Notes under the pieces: generated by a model | Databases searched by the model: none | What the model was told of the DNA's origin: nothing | What the model saw: only the letters and a program-made list of their open reading frames with translations | Assembly (NCBI GenBank): GCA_965220625.1 | Contig: CBDCQN010000002.1 | Coordinates: 136,753 to 200,752 of the forward strand | DNA from: Dehalococcoidia bacterium | GTDB lineage: Bacteria; Chloroflexota; Dehalococcoidia; Lucifugimonadales; UBA3495 | Reading direction: 5' to 3' | Length of the DNA: 64,000 bases | Made by a program: the position numbers and the translations under genes | Shown: positions 10,246 to 19,486 of the stretch, piece by piece | How the letters are laid out: each line of letters opens with the position of its first letter | How positions within the stretch are numbered: the first letter of the stretch is position 1

Positions 10246-11922
10246 ATGGCACAAATGACCGGCGCCAAGTTCATGGCGGACACCCTCAAGGCATATGGGG
10301 TTACCCACGTATTTCTGGTCCCGGCCATTCTCCGCCGCGCGTTGGCCGAGATGGACCTGAACGGCATCAAGCGGGTGATAACCCACGGCGAGAAGGCCGC
10401 CGCCTACATGGCCGACGGCTACGCTCGCGCTTCCAACCGCCCCGGCGTCTGCATGGCCCAGTCCGTCGGCGCGGCCAACCTGGCGGCCGGGCTGCAGGAT
10501 GCCTACCTGGGTCTAGCCCCGGTCATCGCCCTCACCGGCCACAAGCGGCACGACGAGCAGTACCGCAACGCCTACCAAGAAATCGAGCATTCAAAGCCGT
10601 TTGCCTCCGTCACCAAGTTCAGCGCGGTGGTGGAGAACGTGGACCAGCTGCCACGGCTGTTGCGGCAAGCCTTCCGCGAGGCCACCACCGGGGCCCCGGC
10701 CCCGGTACACCTGGACATTCAGGGCATGGCTGGCGACGTGGTAACCGAGGCGGAGGCGGACCTGGAATTCATTATCGAGGAATCGTTCATGCAACGCCCG
10801 GCGTTCCGTCCCGAGGCCGACCCGGAGAGCGTACGGCAAGCGGCGCGGGTCTTGTCGGCGGCGCAGCGTCCGGTCATCGTTGCGGGAGGCGGCGTCACGT
10901 CGTCCCAGGCCCAGCGGGAAGTAGTGGAACTGGCGGAAATGCTGTCCATACCGGTAGCGACGTCGCTGAACGCCAAGGGCGCGATCCCCGACAGCCATCC
11001 TCTGTCAGTTGGGGTGGTCGGCTCTTACTCCCGGTGGTGCGCCAACCGGGTGGTGCACGAGGCCGACCTCGTCCTTTACATCGGCAGTCACACCGGCAGC
11101 CAGGTTACCAACGAATGGCGCGTCCCCGCTCCTGGAACACCGGTTATTCAGATAGACATCGACCCATCGGAACTGGGCCGCAGCTATCCGGCGCAGGTCG
11201 CCCTCCACGGCGACGCGAAAGCCACGACCAGGCGGCTCATCGAGGCCCTAGAACCCATCGGGAGCCGCAGCGAGTGGACGGCGCGAGCCCAGCAACTGGT
11301 CGCGGAATGGCGTGATGACGTGGCCCCGCGGGTCAATTCGGAGGCCGTGCCCATCATCCCGGAACGGCTGTGCAACGAAATCACCGGGTTTCTGCCCTCT
11401 GACGCCATGCTGGTGGCCGACACCGGCCACGCCGGCATCTGGACCGGCAGCATGATCGACCTCAACCACTCCGGCCAAGGCTATATCCGCTGCGCCGGGT
11501 CGCTGGGTTGGGGACTGTCGGCCGCGATGGGAGCCAAGTGCGCCCTGCCCGACCGCCCGGTGCTCTGCTTCTCGGGCGACGGCGGGTTCTGGTACCACAT
11601 AGCCGAGCTCGAGACCGCCGTCCGCAACAACATCAACGTGGTCACGGTTATCAACAACAACAGCGCGCTGAGCCAGGACCAGCGTGGCGACCACCGCGCC
11701 TACGAAGGCATCGAGGGAGGGGCTCCGGAAGAACTCTGGCGCTTCACCGACACCGACTTCTCCAAAGTGGCGGAGTCCATGGGCTGCTTCGGCATCCGGG
11801 TCGAGCGCCCCGGAGACATCCAAAGCGCCTTGGAACAAGCTTTCGCATCGGGCCGCCCGGCCGTGGTCGACGTGGTGACCGATCAGCTAGACAGCCTGGC
11901 CCCGACGCCTTGGAGCCCGTAA
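10246..11922 (+). CDS. thiamine-diphosphate-dependent enzyme (acetolactate-synthase-like family)
   Basis: N-terminal ThDP pyrimidine-binding domain (GVTHVF.VP...., HGEKAAAYMADGYAR), a middle domain, and the C-terminal GDGGFWYH...NNN ThDP motif. Start taken at the ATG 10246 after GAGGGA. The ORF opens at 10231. Confidence 0.9.
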   Translation: MAQMTGAKFMADTLKAYGVTHVFLVPAILRRALAEMDLNGIKRVITHGEKAAAYMADGYARASNRPGVCMAQSVGAANLAAGLQDAYLGLAPVIALTGHKRHDEQYRNAYQEIEHSKPFASVTKFSAVVENVDQLPRLLRQAFREATTGAPAPVHLDIQGMAGDVVTEAEADLEFIIEESFMQRPAFRPEADPESVRQAARVLSAAQRPVIVAGGGVTSSQAQREVVELAEMLSIPVATSLNAKGAIPDSHPLSVGVVGSYSRWCANRVVHEADLVLYIGSHTGSQVTNEWRVPAPGTPVIQIDIDPSELGRSYPAQVALHGDAKATTRRLIEALEPIGSRSEWTARAQQLVAEWRDDVAPRVNSEAVPIIPERLCNEITGFLPSDAMLVADTGHAGIWTGSMIDLNHSGQGYIRCAGSLGWGLSAAMGAKCALPDRPVLCFSGDGGFWYHIAELETAVRNNINVVTVINNNSALSQDQRGDHRAYEGIEGGAPEELWRFTDTDFSKVAESMGCFGIRVERPGDIQSALEQAFASGRPAVVDVVTDQLDSLAPTPWSP

Positions 11923-11923
11923 C

Positions 11924-12790
11924 TCAGCCATCTCTACGGCGGAGAAACTCCCGCGCCGCCCCGTAGTCTCGGGCTCCGCCGCGCCGGATGGGCGGCACGA
12001 GGTACACGTTATGTAGTCCTGCCTCCCGGAAACGCTCGTATGCTTCCAGGGCGATATCCACGCCCGGACGGGCCTCGTCTAGTTGCCGTCGTATCTCGGC
12101 CGGTACTGAAGCGAAGACTATTCCCTTCGCCTCCAATATCTGCAGCCCGTAGAATACCGGCGCGGGCATGGTGTCCCCACCGTACTCCTCCAGGAACGAT
12201 TGCTCGAACCGGGCAGCATCAGCGACATTGAAAATCGGTTGGGACAGCAGGAAGCCGGCCCCCGCGTTGACTTTGCGTACTGCCAGGGCGGCCTCTGCTT
12301 TTATCCCACGCGACAGGTCGACCGTTGCGCCCGTACAGAAGCCGGTGGGTTCGCGGAGTCTCCCCCCCCGGAAGTCCGTCCCTTGATTCATCTTTACGAT
12401 GGCGGCGATCAGTCCGGTTGGAACGTAGTCGTTTACGGCGGTTACGGTGGAAGGGTCCCGTTCGGGAAAGGGGTCGCCTTGGACTACCAGCGCGTTGTCC
12501 AGTCCCATCAGCTGTGCGCCCAACAGCAATGACTGCAACGCCAGCCGGTTCATGTCGCGGGTGGCGAGGGTGAATATGACCTCTTTGCCCGTCCGTTGGC
12601 CAATGGCCGCGGCCAGGATAGCGGAGTTGGCGCGAACGGACCGGCCTGGGTTATAGGCCACCGAGATGAAATCGGCGTCGATTTCGGCATCTTGGACGGC
12701 CCCGGGGTGTCCGGAACGGGGCGGGGAGAAATCGCAGATGAAGCAGGGCTGCCCCGTAGCCTCGTAGCAACGGTCAACGACTTTAGTCAC
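11924..12790 (-). CDS. methylenetetrahydrofolate reductase-like (MetF/MTHFR family) protein
   Basis: 288 aa. CDFSPPR..., LTCRD-like TLATRDMN, LVVQGDP and SQPIF motifs typical of the MTHFR TIM barrel. GTG start at 12790. Confidence 0.75.
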   Translation of the reverse strand: MTKVVDRCYEATGQPCFICDFSPPRSGHPGAVQDAEIDADFISVAYNPGRSVRANSAILAAAIGQRTGKEVIFTLATRDMNRLALQSLLLGAQLMGLDNALVVQGDPFPERDPSTVTAVNDYVPTGLIAAIVKMNQGTDFRGGRLREPTGFCTGATVDLSRGIKAEAALAVRKVNAGAGFLLSQPIFNVADAARFEQSFLEEYGGDTMPAPVFYGLQILEAKGIVFASVPAEIRRQLDEARPGVDIALEAYERFREAGLHNVYLVPPIRRGGARDYGAAREFLRRRDG

Positions 12791-12860
12791 TTGGAAACTA
12801 TCTCAAAAGTCCCTTCCCCCTTGATGGGGGAAGGTTAGGATGGGGGTGGATAGTTTCTTG
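12791..12860. mobile_element. MITE-like element, copy A (minimal 64-nt form, flanked by TTG/TTG)
   Basis: 12794-12857 runs GAAACTATCTCAAAAG...GATAGTTTC with 9-bp terminal inverted repeats. Internal perfect hairpin CCTTCCCCC-N5-GGGGGAAGG. TTG at 12791-12793 and 12858-12860. Its 56-nt core is identical in reverse complement to 50507-50562. Confidence 0.75.
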
Positions 12861-12934
12861 GGCATCCCGGGCTGCCAATACCAAATGGGACCATAGCAAG
12901 AAATCTTTGTGGCCAGGGTGTTCCGTCGGTTAAC

Positions 12935-13684
12935 TCAACCCAAGACCTGGTCCCGGTAGCTGCGGAACAAGTCGATTGACTTTTGTTCCGAGAGCCCCAC
13001 GAAGAAGCGGTAGCCGATGATGTATTCCATCACGTCCCGCGCCAGCATGAGCAGGTTGTCCCGAGGTTCGGAGATATGGAACAGGCTGTCCACGCCGTCT
13101 TCCAGCCCAACGTAGAGAGTGTCTTCCAGCAGCAAGAAGTCCCGACGTTCCAAGTCGCTCCGTGACATCCACCGGGCAAACACGAACGGAAGGTCGGTGA
13201 GCCGGTGCCATTCCTCGCCCAGGTCGTAACGGTGGGGGTACCCTCGCATGCCCCGGCGTCGCCGGAGAGCGGCATCTCCTGAGATGACCAACGCTTCGTT
13301 TTCGTCTTGGGGCGTCACGAGTTCGACGGAGCTCACCTGGTATTTCTTAGTCAAGATTACCTGCAGCAGTTCGATGGTGGTAGGGTCGACTTCTGAAACG
13401 GCGACCTTCGCCCCCTCCAACTCTTCGGCGGGCACCCTGGAATAGAACAGGTTGCTCCCGGACCGGGCGGCGGCCGACAGGCAGAAACCGGCCACCGGGA
13501 CAGCGTAATCTTCCATGGCAAAGCTGTCGCTCAGCGGTACCGGGCCGCCGTCTATCGTTCCGTCCTTGATGGCTTGAGCTACGTTGTTAAGGGCGACACC
13601 AGACAGGACCACGCCGCGGCGTTCCATGTCGATGTAGAACGGCTCGAAATTCAGATGAGGAACGCGGCCGACTTTAAGCGCCAT
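12935..13684 (-). CDS. mqnA: chorismate dehydratase MqnA-like (futalosine/menaquinone pathway)
   Basis: MALKVGRVPHLNFEPFY... and overall MqnA/MqnD (DUF178) periplasmic-binding-fold pattern. The longest ORF (to 14155) overlaps the divergent gene and is rejected. Confidence 0.7.
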   Translation of the reverse strand: MALKVGRVPHLNFEPFYIDMERRGVVLSGVALNNVAQAIKDGTIDGGPVPLSDSFAMEDYAVPVAGFCLSAAARSGSNLFYSRVPAEELEGAKVAVSEVDPTTIELLQVILTKKYQVSSVELVTPQDENEALVISGDAALRRRRGMRGYPHRYDLGEEWHRLTDLPFVFARWMSRSDLERRDFLLLEDTLYVGLEDGVDSLFHISEPRDNLLMLARDVMEYIIGYRFFVGLSEQKSIDLFRSYRDQVLG

Positions 13685-13982
13685 ATCTTCGCACCATGTT
13701 TGCTTTTGAAGATTGTCCAAGTGGCGGCGCCAAGGCCGCAGGGCACGTTGACTCGCGCCAAACTGAAAGAGAGACCATTGCCGGAAAGCCGGAATCAAGA
13801 TTCGACCGTATATAAACCGAAAGAGGTCCGCAAAAATTGTAGGCTCACTGTAATTGGCCGTCAAGTTGAAGGTAATAGTGCGAGACCACACAACACGGCA
13901 AAAAGGGCGTTCACCCGGCGTTCCCCCATTGATCCTTTTTCGCTGAACATCTCGCCCGGAAATACTGTAAACTCGATATGAG

Positions 13983-15473
13983 GTGCCTATTTTGCGCTTG
14001 AAAGCTCTCATCTTATTGACCTGCGCCGTGGCAATCGTTTTGGTTTCATGGGCGGTATCGGCCGATGAAGGGGATATCCGCGTGGTCGAAGCTAAGGCGG
14101 AAAGCCAATTTCCCGATGGGGTAAAGTTCTCCATTTCCGCCGAGAGCGCCAGCATGATCGACGAGATCAGAGTCTTTTTCAGGAAGGCCGACGATGCCGG
14201 CCGCAGCGCCTATCAATCCATCGACGTCGAACCGGCGGTCGCCGTGAGCGGGGAGTCCTTGCTGTCGGCCAGCGGCGGCGGCGATTACTTTCCACCGGGC
14301 ACCAGAATCAATTACTCCTTTGAAATCCGGGACAAAGCCGGCGCTATGGTGCGCACCGACGATCAAGAGTTCGTTTATCTGGACAACCGTTTCGAATGGG
14401 CCACCGTTTCCGAGGGCCTGATCACTGTCTACTACTACGGTGAGTACGTGGAAGAACGCGCCAGAGTTATTCTGGAAGCGGCCCATGAAGCTATGGAGCT
14501 AATGACGCCGGTCTTGGGAATCGAACCCACAGAGCCTCTGAGAATAGTTTCCTATAACAATTACCGCCATATGTCGTCGGCCCTTCCTTTCCGGTCCCAG
14601 GCTATCCGGGAGGGGCTGCAGACCCAGGGAATGGCATTCAGCGACGAGCGAGTCCTTCTGGTCCACGGTTTCGATCCGACCATTACCGGTACGACGTCCC
14701 ACGAGTTTGTGCACCTTCTGGTTGCGGAGGCCGCAGGAGGCACCAGCGCCCGGGTGCCGGCCTGGCTCAATGAGGGCCTGGCCGAGCTGGGGAATATCGA
14801 CCCGACGGACGACTACGACGCTGCGCTCAGGTATGGAATCTTTACCCGCCGCATCAAACCGTTGTGGTACCAGAACTCCTTCGGAGGCGAACCGGAGGAT
14901 ATCCTCATCGCCTACGGACAGGGACGGTCGGTGGTCCAGTATATGATCGGCAGATACGGGCCGGAGCGCATGGCGGAGCTGTTCCGGGTATTGCGCCGGG
15001 TGCAGAACATCGACATGGCATTGATGGAAGTATACGAGTTGGACCAGTACGGCCTGGATACCGCTTGGCGCACCGCGTTGGGTCTGGACCCTCTTCCTTC
15101 CCCCGAAGAACTGGAGCGCCTCAGCCAGGAAGGCCGGGAGGAAGCGTCTCAAGACAACGCCGGTCCGGGGACCGCTCCCGAAGAAGAGGCGGGCGAAGAG
15201 GGAACGGGCTCCGACTCGGGCTCCGGTGAGGAAGAAGTTTCAGAAGAACCCAACGTTCAGGCGAGTGGGGAAGAGTCGTCAGAGGAGACCCCCGAGGCCG
15301 TCCCGGCGGCTGGGACCGAGGACCCGGAACCCGGGGCCGTGTCCCCGGGCGGTTGTGCCGTTCCGGCTTCCGGCGGTCCGGCAACGGCCGGAATCGGAAT
15401 GGTGGGACTGCTCAGCGCACCGGCCGGGCTCCTCTTGCTGCCCTGGCTGCGCCGCCGCTGGCCCCTCGGCTAG
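13983..15473 (+). CDS. secreted MA-clan metallopeptidase-like protein with an acidic linker and a C-terminal Cys/TM/Arg tail
   Basis: Signal-peptide-like N-terminus (LKALILLTCAVAIVLVSWAVSA). HEFVHLL...PAWLNEGLAE (Peptidase_MA_2 HExxH...E). Glu/Ser-rich linker. Tail is SPGGCAVPASGGPATAGIGMVGLLSAPAGLLLLPWLRRRWPLG. Start may be the TTG at 13992 after GAGGTG. Confidence 0.75.
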   Translation: MPILRLKALILLTCAVAIVLVSWAVSADEGDIRVVEAKAESQFPDGVKFSISAESASMIDEIRVFFRKADDAGRSAYQSIDVEPAVAVSGESLLSASGGGDYFPPGTRINYSFEIRDKAGAMVRTDDQEFVYLDNRFEWATVSEGLITVYYYGEYVEERARVILEAAHEAMELMTPVLGIEPTEPLRIVSYNNYRHMSSALPFRSQAIREGLQTQGMAFSDERVLLVHGFDPTITGTTSHEFVHLLVAEAAGGTSARVPAWLNEGLAELGNIDPTDDYDAALRYGIFTRRIKPLWYQNSFGGEPEDILIAYGQGRSVVQYMIGRYGPERMAELFRVLRRVQNIDMALMEVYELDQYGLDTAWRTALGLDPLPSPEELERLSQEGREEASQDNAGPGTAPEEEAGEEGTGSDSGSGEEEVSEEPNVQASGEESSEETPEAVPAAGTEDPEPGAVSPGGCAVPASGGPATAGIGMVGLLSAPAGLLLLPWLRRRWPLG

Positions 15474-15514
15474 CGGCGTGTCCGCCCTGCCGACTGCCCG
15501 ACGCCAGGCGTGGT

Positions 15515-16480
15515 CTAACGGGCCCGCGGGTTGAAGGCGTCGTTTACCGCGTCTCCCAGCAGGTTGAAGGTAAAGAGGAGCACGGCCAGAGTGCCCACGG
15601 GAAAGAGTAGAAGGTGGGGATCCGAGCGCAGTACGGATATGCTGCCGTTGTTGTAGATCATCAGGCCGAGGCTTGGGACCGGCGGTTGTATCCCAATCCC
15701 TAAAAAGCTGAGCAGGATCTCCGACCCGGCCACTCCCGCCAGGCCTGCCGACACCATCACGATCACCGGTCCCATGATGTTGGGCAGCAGGTGCCTGAGC
15801 AAGATACGCGGCGTGGAGCTTCCTATCGAACGGGCAGCCTCGATGTACTGGTCCTCACGGGCCTGAAGCACCTGCCCCCGTACCAACCGGGCCATGCCGA
15901 ACCACGAAAAGATGGCCAAGGACAGGGACAGCACGACGTAGTCCGCCACCCCCAAGCGCACGATCTCCACTCCCAACGTGTCCTCCACTCCCCGCAGCCA
16001 TTCGATCATCGGCGGCCGCACCGTGGACACAATGATCAACACCAGGAAAAGGTCGGGAAAGGCCGAGGTAACCTCTCCCACCCGCATGATCATGGTGTCG
16101 GCGAACCGGCCGAAATAGCCGGCGACCAGTCCCAGGGACACGCCAAGGACCAGGCTTCCCGTCGCCAGAGTCACCACCGTTATTATCACGGTGGTGCGCA
16201 GGCCGTAGATGATGCGGGTGAGCGCGTCGCGGCCCAACCGGTCCGTGCCGAATGGATGGCCAAAGGAGGGCCCCTGCTTCGCAATCGAAAGGTTCTGGTC
16301 GTTGTATCCGTAGGGCGTCACCAAGGGCGCCAGTATCCCCGAGCCGTACATTATCAGGATGAGGGTCAGGCAGATTACGCCGACCCGCTTGCGCAACAAC
16401 CGGCGGATGGATATGGCCCAGTAGCTGCGGCCAGTTCCGACCGGTCCCGCCAGTGGCGATTGGGACTCACTGCGCAGCAT
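15515..16480 (-). CDS. ABC transporter permease (DppC/OppC-like)
   Basis: Six-TM BPD_transp_1 permease with the EAA-like loop (YIEAARSIGSS). Start taken at MLRSES. The ORF opens at 16546. Confidence 0.9.
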   Translation of the reverse strand: MLRSESQSPLAGPVGTGRSYWAISIRRLLRKRVGVICLTLILIMYGSGILAPLVTPYGYNDQNLSIAKQGPSFGHPFGTDRLGRDALTRIIYGLRTTVIITVVTLATGSLVLGVSLGLVAGYFGRFADTMIMRVGEVTSAFPDLFLVLIIVSTVRPPMIEWLRGVEDTLGVEIVRLGVADYVVLSLSLAIFSWFGMARLVRGQVLQAREDQYIEAARSIGSSTPRILLRHLLPNIMGPVIVMVSAGLAGVAGSEILLSFLGIGIQPPVPSLGLMIYNNGSISVLRSDPHLLLFPVGTLAVLLFTFNLLGDAVNDAFNPRAR

Positions 16481-17414
16481 AGCTGCCGCCCAACCTGATG
16501 CGTGGGTCCAATACCGGGTATATGAGGTCCACCAAGAGATTGGCAATCACAAACAACGTGGTGCCGATGATCAACACTGCGTTGATGATGGGGAAGTCCC
16601 TGGCGAAGATCGACTCAATAAACAGGTTCCCGATCCCCGGGATGCCAAAAAACCGCTCGACAATGAATGAGGTGAACGCGATTCCCGCCAAGGAGAACCC
16701 CAGGGAGGTGACCACCGGTATCAAGGCATTTCGTAGAATGTGACGCCGTCGCACGACCAACTCCGATAGTCCTTTGGCCCGGGCGGTGCGAACGTAGTCT
16801 TGGCTGATGACCTCAAGGGTGCTGGCGCGGGTCAACCTGGTGATGATGGCGATGCCCGGCACCCCCATGGCAACCGCCGGCAGGACAATGCGGGTGTCAA
16901 AGAAGCCGCCCCAACCATGAGTCGGCAGAACGTCGAAGTGGAGGGCGAATACCAGGAGCAATACCGGCGCGCTCAAGAACACGGGAATGGACTGGCCGAG
17001 CAAGGTGGCCAGCACCGAGCTTGTGTCCCACAGCGTGCCCTGCCTCATGGCGGCGAACACCCCGATAGGGATGCCCAGACCAACCGAGAGGACCAGCGCC
17101 GCGAAGTTGAGCTGGGCCGAGACCCACATCTTCTTTTTGAGCAGTTCGGCGACCGTACGGCCGCGGTACTTTATGCTCTCCCCGAAGTCGCCGCGGCTAA
17201 CGTTCTTCAGGTAGCGGCCGTACTGGACCAGGACAGGGTCGTTAAACCCCCGCTGCTCCCTTATCCGCTCCACGACCCGGGGATCGGAGTGCTGCCCCAT
17301 CAGCACCTGTATCGGGTCGCCGGGGCCGTAGCGACCCAACACGAAGGTGATGAACGAGACGATGAGCAGGATTACAGGCAACCATACCAGCCGGCGAACG
17401 ATGTAGGTGCCCAC
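16467..17414 (-). CDS. ABC transporter permease (DppB/OppB-like)
   Basis: MGTYIVRRLVWLPVILLIVSFITFVL... classic DppB N-terminus. DYVRTARAKGLSE EAA loop. Confidence 0.9.
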   Translation of the reverse strand: MGTYIVRRLVWLPVILLIVSFITFVLGRYGPGDPIQVLMGQHSDPRVVERIREQRGFNDPVLVQYGRYLKNVSRGDFGESIKYRGRTVAELLKKKMWVSAQLNFAALVLSVGLGIPIGVFAAMRQGTLWDTSSVLATLLGQSIPVFLSAPVLLLVFALHFDVLPTHGWGGFFDTRIVLPAVAMGVPGIAIITRLTRASTLEVISQDYVRTARAKGLSELVVRRRHILRNALIPVVTSLGFSLAGIAFTSFIVERFFGIPGIGNLFIESIFARDFPIINAVLIIGTTLFVIANLLVDLIYPVLDPRIRLGGSYAAQ

Positions 17415-17429
17415 TTTGGCGGCCGGCTC

Positions 17430-19142
17430 CTATTCGTCGTTCAGGTACACGTATCTGAGACGGGGAATTATCAGAGGCGCTTGCAGGTAGTCCTGGACGC
17501 TGGGCTTGACCAGCGTGTAGCTCTCTCCGCTGTACCAGAGGGGGACCCACGGAGCGTCGTCCAGGATGATTTGCTCTATTTGATTGTACAGTGCGAAGCG
17601 GGCGTTCTCGTCCGTTTCCACCCGGGCCTCCACGAGCAGCCGGTCGACATCGGGATTGCTGTAATTGGTGTGATTGTTGCTGCTTTCGCTATGGAAGAGT
17701 ATGTCCAGAAAGTTCTCCGGGTCCGGGTAGTCCGCGATCCAGCCGATGTCGAACATCTGAAAGCGGCGTTTGTGCAGGTCCTTCAAGAATGTGGCGTACT
17801 CTGTCTGTTGGAACTCGGCCGTAATCCCCAGGTTGCGCTCCCACATCTGGAGCACGACCTCCATGTCCAGGCTGACGTTGACGCCGAAGCTGCCCGGAGT
17901 GGTGATGGTAATGGGGGGCAGGTTCTCCAAGTCATCGCCGTAATCTGATTCTTCCAGCAACTGTTTGGCCCTGATGGGATCGAAGCTATAACCCCGGACG
18001 TCGCTATTGTATCCAGGGAATCCCGGAGGCAGTATTCCCTTGGCGGGCACCACCAGGTCACCCAGCACTATGGATGCGATCTCCTGTTTGTCGATGGCCA
18101 TGTTGAGCGCCTGACGCACGTTGGGGTCGTCCAAGGGAGGTTCGTTGATGTTGAGACCGATGTACTGGACCGTGAATGACGGTGGCGCCCTTCGGAGCTC
18201 GGCGTTCAGACTGTTGCTCGGGTCCAGCAACCGGTCCAAGTCCGCCAAGCCCACCCCGGTGACGTGGATTTCGTCGTTTTCATACATGAGCATGGAGGTA
18301 CCGCCGCTGAGGATCAACTCGACCTCCCCGAGGTTCGGAGGGCCCAAGTGGTAGTCGTCGTTCCGGCTCAACAGCAGGGTCTCCCCCACCTTGTACTCGG
18401 CCAACCGGAAAGGCCCGGTGCCGTTGGGCTTGCGGAACCAGTTCCTGGGGTCAGAGTCTATGTTTTCACGGTCCAGAACGAACCCGGTCGGATAGGTCAG
18501 CTTGGCAAGGAAATAGGACTTGGCTTGGTCGATGGTTATTTCTATAGTCTCCTCGTCGATGACCCTTACGCCGGAGATGGAAAGGGCGTCGCCGTTCAAC
18601 TTCTCCTCGACGCCTATGATGTCTCCCAGGTACTGGTCGACGACGGGCGACTCGGTCAGCGGATTGGTCACGCGTTCCAAGGACCACCTGACGTCTTCGG
18701 CTGTCACTTTCTTCCCGTCATGGAACTTGGCGTCCGGGTCAATGTGGAAAGTGTAGATTGTGCCCTCTCCGCTGATTTCCCAGCTTTCCGCCAAGTCGGG
18801 CGCGATGTCCAGGTTCCGGTCAATTGTGACCAGACCGCCGAAAACCTCCACGATGATTTGAGCGGAGGTGGCGTCGGTGGTCAGGTGAGGGTCCAGGGTC
18901 GGGGGATCGACGAACAGCCGCACCAGCCGGCCGCCCTCTAACGACGCTTCCTCTGACGCTTCCTCCGAAGGCTCGTCAGCCTCGTCCTCGGCAGGAGGGT
19001 CGGTGGGCGCCGGGGATTCCTGCGACTCCGGAGTGGCCGTCGGGGCGGTCTCGACCGTTGGTTCCGGCGAGCCGGAGCACGCCGCTGTCAGCAACAGAAT
19101 GGCGCATAGGGCGAATATTGTAAGAAACGTCCGCAAAATCAT
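17430..19142 (-). CDS. ABC transporter substrate-binding lipoprotein, family 5 (peptide/nickel type)
   Basis: Lipobox LLLTAAC|SG, acidic low-complexity linker, then an SBP_bac_5 body (LVRLFVDPPTLDPH..., FHDG..VTAEDV, NP.Y). Confidence 0.9.
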   Translation of the reverse strand: MILRTFLTIFALCAILLLTAACSGSPEPTVETAPTATPESQESPAPTDPPAEDEADEPSEEASEEASLEGGRLVRLFVDPPTLDPHLTTDATSAQIIVEVFGGLVTIDRNLDIAPDLAESWEISGEGTIYTFHIDPDAKFHDGKKVTAEDVRWSLERVTNPLTESPVVDQYLGDIIGVEEKLNGDALSISGVRVIDEETIEITIDQAKSYFLAKLTYPTGFVLDRENIDSDPRNWFRKPNGTGPFRLAEYKVGETLLLSRNDDYHLGPPNLGEVELILSGGTSMLMYENDEIHVTGVGLADLDRLLDPSNSLNAELRRAPPSFTVQYIGLNINEPPLDDPNVRQALNMAIDKQEIASIVLGDLVVPAKGILPPGFPGYNSDVRGYSFDPIRAKQLLEESDYGDDLENLPPITITTPGSFGVNVSLDMEVVLQMWERNLGITAEFQQTEYATFLKDLHKRRFQMFDIGWIADYPDPENFLDILFHSESSNNHTNYSNPDVDRLLVEARVETDENARFALYNQIEQIILDDAPWVPLWYSGESYTLVKPSVQDYLQAPLIIPRLRYVYLNDE

Positions 19143-19316
19143 CGGTGCGTCCTATGTTTCCCCCGGTCAAACTGCCGGAGGGGTTTGAACTTATTACGTC
19201 GTGGTCGGTTTTTCAGATTCTCCCCGAGTGCTTTCCCATAGTGCTTTCCAGTGTTTCATTCTAGTTTAACAAAGTTACGACCTTTCATTGAATGCGGCCC
19301 CAACGCTGCGTCGCAC

Positions 19317-19486
19317 GGGTCATTCAATTGGTGAATCCGCACCCTCTCTCGTCGTCCCGGTCGCAACCGGGGCCCAGGGACCGATGCCGAATTCGGCCCT
19401 CCCCCGAATGCCGCTAACCCAAGATTCGGGTCTGGATTCCGGCTGCGGCCGGAAGGGCGGGGGAGTTTCCGACAATTGAATGACCC
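19317..19486. repeat. 170-nt segment bounded by a perfect 14-bp inverted repeat, with internal REP-like hairpins
   Basis: GGGTCATTCAATTG (19317-19330) and CAATTGAATGACCC (19473-19486). Internal hairpins TTCCGGC-N4-GCCGGAA (19437-19454) and CTCCCCCG...CGGGGGAG. A third ATTGAATG at about 19287. No target duplication seen. Confidence 0.5.

Noticed and set aside
13898-13943. GCAAAAAGG ... CCTTTTTCGC inverted repeat resembling the IS5-relic terminal motif (CCAAAAAGG)
   Set aside because: There are only 9 bp of similarity, with no flanking YTAR or duplication. It is probably an ordinary hairpin in the mqnA/peptidase divergent promoter region.
13685-14155. N-terminal 157-aa extension of the MqnA ORF (12935..14155)
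   Set aside because: The extension has no MqnA similarity and lies in AT-richer promoter-like DNA. It overlaps the start of the divergent peptidase gene. The family-typical N-terminus begins at MALKVGRVPHLN (13684).
15300-15340. PEP motif (TEDPEPG) as a canonical PEP-CTERM exosortase signal
   Set aside because: The PEP lies about 20 residues before the hydrophobic helix instead of directly adjacent. No exosortase is present in the window. It is kept only as a non-canonical sorting-signal hypothesis.
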